DNA of 64,000 nt. Origin: Eledone cirrhosa (Eukaryota). The notes beneath the pieces are model-generated. The model saw only the letters and a program-made list of their open reading frames with translations, made no database searches and was not told the origin of the DNA. The position numbers were made by a program, and so were the translations under genes. Below are positions 44,363 to 53,213 of this stretch, piece by piece; position 1 is the stretch's first letter; each line of letters starts with the position of its first letter. The DNA is taken from positions 20,522,001 through 20,586,000 of the forward strand of contig OZ024752.1 of assembly GCA_964016885.1 (NCBI GenBank), written 5' to 3'.

Positions 44363-44499
44363 TTAATCTTATCAGTTACAAAACAAGCTCATAAGTGCTG
44401 GTGCACACCATGCATTCTGTAGTTCTGCTGAGGACATGGCTACCTCTCTTGTGTTGTTCTAAAGTCTGTCTTAAGCCAGAAGGTTTGTTGGGCTAGTGA

Positions 44500-44733
44500 T
44501 TATCCCGGTCTCATGGCATGAAGCGATTGAGTGTACAAGACTCCCCCCTGGACAGGGCGCCAGTCCATCGCAGGGTTAAAACCACAGTGATTGCTGGTAC
44601 TCATTTTCAGCTGGAGCAACATGAAATGAAGAGTTTTGCTCAAGAACACAACACACAACCCAGCCCAGGAATCAAACCCACGACATTATAATTGTAAGCC
44701 CAATATCTTTATCACTAGGCCACATGCCTTCAC
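44500..44733 (-). mobile_element. tRNA-derived SINE with CORE/V-like central segments
   Basis: The minus strand reads GTGGCCTAGTG...GGTTTGATTCC (A/B boxes), then GTTCTTGAGCAAAAC, then CCTGCGATGGACTGGCGCCCTGTCCAGGG. Boundaries approximate. Confidence 0.75.
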
Positions 44734-44744
44734 AGAAAAAAAAG

Positions 44745-44900
44745 AGCTGGTGTCACAATAAAATGCATCCAGTATATTTTGTAAAGTGTTTGGAGTTTGG
44801 AAAGACATCCAACCATAGACACTATGCCAAAAGAGGAAAGTATCGGTGAGACATTGTTCTCCAACCTGACTAGGAAGATAGTAACAAGGATGATAATAAA
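44745..44900 (+). mobile_element. Degenerate RTE-type 3' tail fragment (SINE or LINE 3' end)
   Basis: GTAAAGTGTTTGGAGTTTGGAAAGACATCCAACCATAGA resembles the reverse complement of the RTE 3' UTR motif at 45386-45426. Confidence 0.5.
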
Positions 44901-44992
44901 CAAAGTTTTAAGAGTTGAGGAGTATTTATCTTTGGTCTTCTCAGGCCATTTACTTGGTGGCTGTGGCCGCAGGGGAAAACATTTCTTTCGCT

Positions 44993-45021
<29 letters not shown>

Positions 45022-45023
<2 letters not shown>

Positions 45024-45164
45024 GAAGTGGTTACACAACAGTTAGTTCACCATACCGAGAACAATTGTTTCACCTTAGCGGATCCTCAGACTTTAGACTT
45101 TAGACCGCTAAGGTGAAACAATTGTTCTCGGTATGGTGAACTAACTGTTGTGTAACCATTTCTA
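45022..45164. repeat. 60-bp near-perfect inverted repeat (hairpin) with 23-bp spacer
   Basis: Arms 45022-45081 and 45105-45164 are reverse complements with a single mismatch. Confidence 0.95.
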
Positions 45165-45225
45165 CCTAACTCGTCCCATGGACTGAGTGCTATACCACTA
45201 CAGATATTACCTTCCAATGTTCTAC

Positions 45226-45258
<33 letters not shown>

Positions 45259-45261
<3 letters not shown>

Positions 45262-46374
45262 TCATCATCATCATCATCATCTTCGTTTAACGTCCATATT
45301 CCACGCTCGCATGAGTTTGGATGGGAGTTTTCCCACTTGAGGCAAGAGTGGTTGTCTTGCTCGCATAGGACTGTCTGGCGGGTTTTCTACGGCTGGATGC
45401 CCTTCCTAACACCAACCACATTTACAGTGTGGAACTGGGAGGTTTTTACCGTGTTACCTACACGGCCACATTACAGCGTGGACTGTGTGTTTTTTGTCCT
45501 GACACCTACACGACCTCATTTGTTTCGGGCTGGATGTTGTGGTACCAACATAACTTTACATTGAGAGGGGTGGTGTAGATGGGGTGGGGGTAGTGGGACG
45601 GGGGTGTATTTTGTTAGAGGTGCCTACTGACTGTAGTAGGTTTCACTTTGCACTTAGGTAAGGCGGGTCTTCTCTATTACTGTGTAGCGCCAAAGATCTC
45701 GGTCCAGTGACATTGTCTTGGGGAGGTGTAAGTGTGTGAGGTCGGAATTTATCAAGTCGTCCCAGGTTTTTCTGGGTCTGCCTACTCCGTGGCTACCGTC
45801 TATTTTTATTGCCCTGCACTTTTTTATACAGCTGTCGTCTTTCATGCGCATCACGTGACCATACCAACGTAGTCTTCTCTCGAGTAAACAACATCTGATC
45901 CCTCTTATTTCTAATTTCTCCCTTAGTTCATTTATGCTTTGCCGTTCACGTATATTACTATTACACATCCAGCGGAGCATGCAAGCTTCGTTTCTCTCCA
46001 GTCTGCGTATATCCTCTGCACACAATGCCCATGTCTCACTGCCATGTAACATTGCTGTTCATATGCAGGCATCATACAGCCTGCCTTTCATTTTTAGAGA
46101 GAACCCTTTAGCGGCCAATAGTGGTATAAGCTCTCTGAACTTTTTCCATCTCGTTCTGACTCTAGCTACTGTACTTTCAGAGCACCCTCCCCCACTGCTG
46201 ATTTTATCACCCAGGTAACGGAAGCTGTTCACTATTTCTATAGAACCATCTGTGCAATGGAATGAGTTAGTATTCTATGGGCACTTGCTGCTACTTATTG
46301 CACCAGAGCACCGGCCACATATAAAATCTATATTCTTAGTTAGCTTACCTGTGATCCCACTACATCTTTTATGT
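45259..46374 (-). mobile_element. 5'-truncated RTE-clade LINE inserted in a (TA)n microsatellite
   Basis: (GAT)n tail at about 45259-45281, a 3' UTR and an RT C-terminal remnant. (TA)n lies on both sides. Confidence 0.88.
45654..46374 (-). pseudogene. C-terminal remnant of RTE LINE reverse transcriptase ORF
   Basis: Manual translation gives HKRCSGITG...ICGRC...FRYLG...LHGSETW...RRLRWYGHVMRM...GRPRKTW, which are typical RTE motifs. Two in-frame stops lie upstream of the tracked 132-aa ORF. Confidence 0.88.
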
Positions 46375-46390
46375 ATATATATATATATAT

Positions 46391-46805
46391 AGGTTAGGGT
46401 TTGGTGTTGTGGGTTAGTGTTGTAGGTTAGGGTTTAGTGTTGTAGGTTAGGGTTTAGTGTTGTCGGTTAGGGTTTGGTTTTGTAGGTTAGGGTTAGAGTT
46501 GGGGTTAGGGTTAGTGTTGTAGGTTAGGGTTTAGCGTTGTAGGTTAGGGTTTGGTGATGTAGGTTACGGTTTAGTGTTGTGGGTTAGGGTTTAGTGTTGT
46601 GGATTAGGGTTTAGTGTTCTGGTTTAGGGTTTTGTGTTGTAGGTTAGGGTTTGGTGTTGTGGGTTAGGGTTTAGTGTTGTAGGTTAGGTTTTAATATTGT
46701 GGGTTAGCGTTTAGTGTTGTAGGTTAGGGTTTAGTGTTGTAGGTTAGGGTTTATGGTTAGGAGTTAGAGCTAATGTTGATAGTTATAGTTTAGGATTAGG
46801 GTTTG
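46391..46805. repeat. ~20-bp minisatellite containing TTAGGG (AGGTTAGGGTTTAGTGTTGT)n
   Basis: Degenerate tandem units, most containing GGTTAGGG. Confidence 0.85.
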
Positions 46806-47089
46806 GAAGTTATGGTTTAAGGTAGGTATGGGTGGCCCTTTTTTTGTGCAGTGGGTCACATAGGGTGATTAACCATAAAGCAAGCCACACTACTATAAAA
46901 TCCAAAGCAATTTTGAAATTAGGCTTGCCATTTAGAAAGCTAAACAGGCTGTTGTTTCCTCATGAGTGGTTTAGGGGATTAGGATTTAGGATGGGATTTC
47001 AGTTTTAGCATTAGGGCTTAGTGTTAGGGTTTAAGAATTAAGAGACGTGATTGTTATGGCTGGAGAGCTGTAGTTGTATTAACATTTCT

Positions 47090-47448
47090 TGACGCATGCG
47101 CAAAATCCCAAATGATTCGGACGTTCTACTATTTGTTTTGGATTTTTTTCTTTTTCAGAACATCGAGTCTCGGTACCTACCAATATAATTCGTTAATATG
47201 CGTGTGTGAATTAAAGAACCTCGTTCTCGACTCTATCAAGCATGGCGCTTTCATCCTGTCGTATGGTGCTCAATCAACAAGAAAAATAAAAATAATAAAC
47301 TTTTCATATAACTACGCACGCACGTTTACATGTGTACGCATAAATATATTTATATGCAATAATCATAATATAATTCAAGGAATTACAGTAGACAGTGAGA
47401 GACGAAACAGCAAAAATTTTCCATCCAAAGTATAAAACAAAGGTAAGA
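47090..47448 (+). promoter_or_regulatory. Candidate promoter and non-coding first exon of the arrestin-domain gene
   Basis: Locally CpG-retaining unique sequence with an NRF1-like CGCATGCGCA near 47093-47102 and a consensus donor AAG|GTAAGA at 47443. The downstream ATG-containing exon has its own acceptor, so it needs an upstream exon. Confidence 0.35.
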
Positions 47449-48250
47449 TGTGGTAAACAGAATTGTAATTAATATCTATTAATATCGTTAGTATTAGACA
47501 TTGGTGTAATCTATTTATATTTTGTCAGTCTTTATGCCTGCTCTTAGCTAACTATTCACTTTTCTATTTCAAACATACGTTTTGCCTTTATCGAAATAGA
47601 GAGACCTGTTTTTAATTGGGGCACTTTCTGAAGCCGTATCCGTGTGTCTAACATCGATGTGTTTTGTTTGTGTGTCACTTTATAGATATGTATGTTACAT
47701 ATGTGTAATTTATGAATGGACGAATAACTCCTTCACTTTTCATCATCATCATAATTATCGTTCATTTCAGTATATAATTACTCGGTGAGTCATTCATCAC
47801 AAACTTTGGCATCTACATATTAATAACTCAACAATTTGTAAGTTGTATTTGAGTTCGATGTATGTTTTTATGCTTCTGCTGGATTGGGTGCGCGTATGTC
47901 TAGGAGAAGATGTGGTATAAGCATATCTAGAGTGGATGTGCGTTTATATCTGAGCTGGCTGGATGTACGTTACCCAAATACATCGCATACATATATTTGC
48001 CACCGTTACACTAGTTGAAGTAATATAGCTGAATGGATAAAGTGTTGGCCTAGTAAATGAAATGTCATGAGTTAAAAATCACTGCCACCGTTTTTGTGAA
48101 TATATTTGGAACACTACAATTCATTTTATATGGCTTCAGTTGACCTAGTGTCAACAAAAATACTCAAAATGAAAGCACGCCCTGGATGTGCGAGAGGCAC
48201 CGCAAGCTCAAACATGTAATTTTTGACATTACATACATGTTCAATGGTAG

Positions 48251-48426
48251 AGGCTATGTAGCCGGTAAGAGTGTCAGACACCCTAAGTTGTAGCCATTCG
48301 TAAGGTACGTTACGCTTTAGTTACACACGTAAATACATAAACAGATACAGACAACAGAAGGAAAGGGCTGGTGAAACGCTATAGCGATGTGTTGCGTCCC
48401 TTTAGGGTTTACCGGCTACATAGCCT
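48251..48426. mobile_element. Small inverted-repeat element (MITE-like)
   Basis: Perfect 18-bp inverted repeat AGGCTATGTAGCCGGTAA (48251-48268) / TTACCGGCTACATAGCCT (48409-48426). Confidence 0.55.
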
Positions 48427-48529
48427 ATTCGATGTGCAATCATCGTAAATACATTGTGAACACTACTACAGCACTCTCCATCCAGACAATAAAAATCGAT
48501 CTAAAATTGCGCCACTCGTTTCTGCATTT

Positions 48530-48856
48530 GCGTGGCCAAGTAGTTAGGATGTTGGGGTCACGATCGTGAGGTTGTGAATTGAATTCCCGGACCATGAAGC
48601 GCATTATGTCCTTGAGCAAGACACTTTATTTCACGGTGCTTCAATCTACTCACTTTTGCCTTTCCCTTGGACAACATGGAGGGGTGCGAGGAAGAGTAAC
48701 CGGCCTGTGTAGGTGACTGGTGGACAACACTGTTGGTGTGGAGAGGAGTGACTGGTGGACAACACTGGTGGTGTGGAGAGGAGTGACTGGTGGACAACAC
48801 TGGTGGTGTGGAGAGGAGTGACTGGTATAGGTGAATGGTGGCCTTCCACTAAACAA
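48530..48856 (+). mobile_element. tRNA-derived CORE-like SINE with an internal 35-bp triplication
   Basis: tRNA-like head (GCGTGGCCAAGTAGTTAG...GAATTCCCGG) and GTCCTTGAGCAAGACACTT core. The unit GTGACTGGTGGACAACACTGGTGGTGTGGAGAGGA occurs three times at 48713-48825. Confidence 0.75.
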
Positions 48857-49514
48857 TTTATTTAATCTGTGGCACCTTCAATAGAATTTTTTAGGTACAG
48901 CCCCAAGGTCAGTTATCAACGCAAATTCTTTCTCCGATCCAGCCCCACACCCCATAGCAGTATCTGTTGCCTTATAAAGGTCAAGGGTGCTACCTTCCAC
49001 TTCTCAATTAAACCAGAGAAATATTTTTTTAAATACCAGTCATTTATTAGGGATGATTTCAATAATCTGTAGTTCTTTTTTCATGAATCTTCCTTTGGTT
49101 TTGACATTGAGCATTTAGTTGTTTGATTTATAACAAGAATTGATGTGGTGTGTGACAAACATGTTGGATTGTAGCAGTTTTATTAATCACCGTTTAGCAG
49201 AGTTATTTAGATGTAGTGAGAAAGTAATGTTTGTTAATTTGTATGATTGTAGTTAAACATAAAAGGATTACAAAAGGAATGTGCCATTGTACCAGGCTCG
49301 AGGCAGGCCGGCAGGCCAAAGTGCAAATCTCACCATTACATATTGTACGTGTCGTTCCTTCGAAGTTCAGGATGCGAGAGACAGATTCTTCAAATCCTCG
49401 CGGGGAATTTCTTCCTCAGGGCGCGTGATTGACTGAGCTGAGCCAAATCACGCACAGAGAATGTATGTGAGCCCGCGGAATGTAGGTCACTACAATGTTG
49501 TCTATCACTACAGA

Positions 49515-49748
49515 TTAACCTTTAACATGCTAGACATTTAGTTGTTTGATTAACCTTTAGCATGCTAGACATTTAGTTGTTTGATTAATCTTTAACATGC
49601 TAGACATTTAGTTGTTTGATTAACCTTTAACATGCTAGACATTTAGTTATTTGATTAACCTTTAACATGCTAGACATTTAGTTGTTTGATTAATCTTTAA
49701 CATGCTAGACATTTAGTTGTTTGGTTAACCTTTAACATGCTAGACATT
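49515..49748. repeat. 35-bp minisatellite, ~6.7 copies
   Basis: Unit TTAACCTTTAACATGCTAGACATTTAGTTGTTTGA starts at 49515, 49550, 49585, 49620, 49655, 49690 and 49725 (partial). Confidence 0.95.
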
Positions 49749-50031
49749 GCTATGAATTGCTTCCTTTGACACTGCATTATGTATTAAAGGGAGATTACTT
49801 TGTGACAATGCGCCCAGTGTCCAAAAGGTTAACCGAACATCACAGACTCGTGTAGCCATAACTAATCAGCATGACATAATATGTGATAAGCCTGGACCTG
49901 AGGTACAGTAACTTCCAACATGTAATTTGTCACTATAAACATGTTCAATCATCACATTAACACATCCAACCCCTCACTCCCACCCAGAACACTACTATAA
50001 CACTATCCTATACCTTCCACCTAGACAAGTA

Positions 50032-50342
50032 CTCTCGGGTCCCAAATAATAGAGGGGCTGGAATATGTGGAGATGGGGGAGTAGTTGTATAGTGTAGGTT
50101 GGTCAATTTGGGATTTCTTGTAATGTTCTTTTTTCTGTCATATATGTTTTTTTAATGTAATAAAATTATTATTAGATTCTCCAGCTGCAGTATCAATATG
50201 AATCATTTACAATAAAATTTTGACAGAGTTAGATTAGCAAAATTTAATAAGTGGAGGGTTTGGAATAAAAGCGGAGGGGTTTAGAAAAAATCAGAAAAAA
50301 TTATTAAAAGAGGTGGGGAGTCAATTATTCAAGACCTGAGAG
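50032..50342. mobile_element. Tc1/mariner/pogo-type MITE with TA target duplication
   Basis: TA at 50030-50031 and 50343-50344; imperfect TIRs CTCTCGGGTCCCAAATAAT / ATTATTCAAGACCTGAGAG. Confidence 0.7.
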
Positions 50343-50719
50343 TACATTGACACATTCAACCCTCCTCACTCCACAGAACACTACTGCAACACTATCAATC
50401 CTCCACCTAGACAAGTACATTAAGCGCATTCTACCGAGGTTGATTTTTGCCATTCCTGGGTCTACAATTCAAGTGGGTGATAAACCTTGGGTGCCCTTAG
50501 CAGAGTCTACGCTGTTACGTGACAATGCTAGACCTTTAAATTATAAATATAACCTATTTGACAGGCTTCCATACAGTTTCCATCTACCCAAAGCTGGTGT
50601 CTGGATGTTTAGCACAATAGCTAAGCCCTACAATGTGTGTCCCCTTCTCCCAGTTATATAACAATAACTGCCTCATTTTCTATTTTTTCTTCTCTTCCTT
50701 TCCAGCAGTTTGTGTCATA

Positions 50720-50831
50720 TCAACAACAACAACTTTTATTATATCAACAACAACAACAGCTGTTATTACATCAACATCATCATCAACAACAGTTGTTACA
50801 ACAACAACAACAACAACAGCAGCAGCAGCAA
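50720..50831. repeat. (CAA)n/(CAG)n microsatellite in the probable 5' UTR
   Basis: Lies between a strong acceptor (polypyrimidine tract + CAG at 50703-50705) and the ATG at 50841. Confidence 0.8.
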
Positions 50832-50840
50832 TATTAAAGT

Positions 50841-50958
50841 ATGGGAGCCACTGAATTGTTTGAGGTACGACTGTCTGACCAGCAAGAATGTTATTATTCT
50901 GGTGATACAATACGAGGTGATGTTGTTATTCACTTGGCTTATCCATTAGATGTGTCTG
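50841..50958 (+). CDS. Arrestin-domain-containing protein (alpha-arrestin/ARRDC-like), first coding exon
   Basis: MGATELFEVRLSDQQECYYSGDTIRGDVVIHLAYPLDVS matches the Arrestin_N start pattern (YYxGxxxxGxV). In-frame upstream stop at 50835; donor G|GTAAGT, phase 1. Confidence 0.88.
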
Positions 50959-51265
50959 GTAAGTCATCATTTAAAGAAATTTCCCATTAGATGTGTCCAC
51001 ACTGTAAAGTGGTTGTCTTGGTGTCACGATAACTCCCCCCCCCCCTCCAGTCCACACTATAAAGTGATTGTGTTGGTGTCATGATAAAAAATGCCCAGTC
51101 CATACTGTAAAGTGGTCATGTTGGTAACACAATATATATATATATAATTTTATGTATATAAAATTGATAAATGAAACAAAACAAACACAAGAATGCAAAA
51201 ATACACAATTATATATATACATACACACTCTCTCACACACATTATACATATACACAAACAAATAA

Positions 51266-51430
51266 CATGGTCTTCTTTACAGTTTCAGGTTACCAAATTT
51301 TATTGACAAGGCAGTGGTCTACTGGAATCCTTAGTAGAGATACTTGCCCAAGGTGGCAATCAGTAGGCTGGAATCTGAGATCAGATTGCTGGAAAGTAAA
51401 TTTCTTAACTACACAGCCATGTCTATGCCT
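51266..51430 (-). mobile_element. Degenerate tRNA-derived SINE
   Basis: The minus strand reads GGCTGTGTAGTTAAGAAATTT...CCTTGGGCAAGT...GAAACTGTAAAGAAG and resembles the + strand copy starting near 51480. Confidence 0.6.
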
Positions 51431-51479
51431 AAGTAGTCCTACATACACTATGTCTAAAGTGGACACAGCATAACAAAAG

Positions 51480-52025
51480 GGTTAAGAAGTTTGCTTCTCA
51501 ATCATTAGGTCCTGGGCTTGATCCCACCGTGTGTCATCTTGAGCAAATGTTATTTCCTATATCCTCTGGTCGACTCAAGCTTTGTGAGTGAAATTGGGTA
51601 GACGGAAACTGTTTGGAAGCCCGTCAGAGGTACTGCACCTGTAATTCAAAGGGCAAGACAGCCTTGTCGCATACTGTGTCACTGTGTCATGCCAAATCTC
51701 CATCTTAATTATGTTAACCCTTTACCATTTACATCTATATTTACTATTGTATTTTCACGGTAAACACTTTACCTTACATAATTATCTCACATAACATCGA
51801 ATCTATGAGATTTTGATATTATTTATTTTGAAAAAAATACCTTAATGTCGGTATGCGTGGCCAGTTATGACCAGTTTGAACAGAAAAAGGTGAGAGAATT
51901 CTGACCAGATATGGCCAATTTAAATGGTAAAGGGTTAAGTGTACATGTTTGTGGAATGCTCAGCCACTTGCACTGTAATTTAATGAGGAGGTTGTCCCAT
52001 TGATCAAACAACTGCAACACTCGTT
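51480..52025 (+). mobile_element. tRNA-derived CORE-like SINE interrupted by MITE copy 2
   Basis: Head GGTTAAGAAGTTTGCTTC...TTGATCCC, then TCTTGAGCAAATGT and GACGGAAACTG. The sequence appears to resume after the TTAA at 51935-51938. Boundaries approximate. Confidence 0.6.
51718..51934. mobile_element. piggyBac-like MITE, copy 2 (217 bp, uninterrupted)
   Basis: TTAA at 51714-51717 and 51935-51938; perfect 14-bp TIRs CCCTTTACCATTTA / TAAATGGTAAAGGG; homologous to 43963-44362. Confidence 0.92.
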
Positions 52026-52121
52026 AACAAACCCAACTAAATCAAAAAAATTGAGATGGTCACAGCAGGAAGAATTCCTAGGGCTAAATAACAACTTGCT
52101 ATATCTCCTGTTTCTTTGCAG

Positions 52122-52250
52122 GTATCACAATAACATTTAAAGGGTATGGAAAAGCTAAATGGTCTTCCTCAGACGCTAACAATGATGATATTGTGTATGC
52201 ATCATCCAGTACATATATTGACCAAAAAGTGACTTTATATGGAACTCCTG
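52122..52250 (+). CDS. Arrestin-domain-containing protein, second coding exon
   Basis: Acceptor TTTCTTTGCAG and donor G|GTAAGT; 129 bp, phase 1-1. Encodes (G)ITITFKGYGKAKWSSSDANNDDIVYASSSTYIDQKVTLYGTP (arrestin FxGxxxxxW and Y-x-D pattern). Confidence 0.9.
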
Positions 52251-52316
52251 GTAAGTTATGATTATATTACTTTTATAAGGTAGTGGGGACTTGCTGAGTA
52301 CATAATGTGAATGTGT

Positions 52317-53213
52317 GCACACACATACACACAGACAGACACACATACAGACACACACAGACTGATAGACAGACAGACATATACACAGACAGACAAGCAG
52401 ACAGACATACACACAGATAGGGAGACAGACATACACACACACAGACTGACAGACAGACAGACAAGCAAACACACCGATAGGGAGACACATACAAACACAC
52501 AAACAGACAGACAAGCAGACAGGCATACACAGATAGAGAGACAGACATACACACAGAGATAGAGAGACATACATACACACACAGATAGAGAGACAGACAT
52601 ACACACAGAGATAGAGAGACAGACATACACAGAGATAGAGAGACAGACATACACAGAGATAGAGAGACAGACATACACAGAGATAGAGAGACAGACATAC
52701 ACAGAGATAGAGAGACATACATACACACAGATAGAGAGACAGACACACACAGAGATAGAGAGGCATACATACACAGAGATAGAGAGACAGACATACACAG
52801 AGATAGAGAGACATACATACATAGAGATAGAGAGACAGACATACACAGAGATAGAGAGACATACATACATAGAGATAGAGAGACAGACATACACAGAGAT
52901 AGAGAGACAGACATACACACAGAGATAGAGAGACAGACATACACACAGATAGAGAGACAGACACACACAGAGATAGAGAGACATACATACACAGAGATAG
53001 AGAGACAGACATACACAGATAGAGAGACAGACACACACAGAGATAGGGAGACAGACATACACAGAGATAGAGAGACAGACATACACAGAGATAGAGAGAC
53101 ATACATACATAGAGATAGAGAGACAGACATACACAGAGATAGAGAGACAGACATACACAGAGATAGAGAGACAGACATACATAGAGATAGAGAGACAGAC
53201 ATACACAGAGATA
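52317..53213. repeat. CA/GA compound microsatellite grading into a 24-bp minisatellite (ACACAGAGATAGAGAGACAGACAT)n, tract 1
   Basis: Degenerate (CA)/(CAGA) repeats on the left; regular 24-mers towards the retroelement junction. Confidence 0.95.

Noticed and set aside
47112-49428. Short ORFs at 47112, 48387, 48869 and 49231
   Set aside because: No recognisable domains or phase-consistent splice signals, and several overlap repeats.
51475-51485. Isolated AAAAGGGTTAA resembling a third piggyBac right end
   Set aside because: No partner TIR was found nearby, and it overlaps the normal GGTTAAG of the SINE head.
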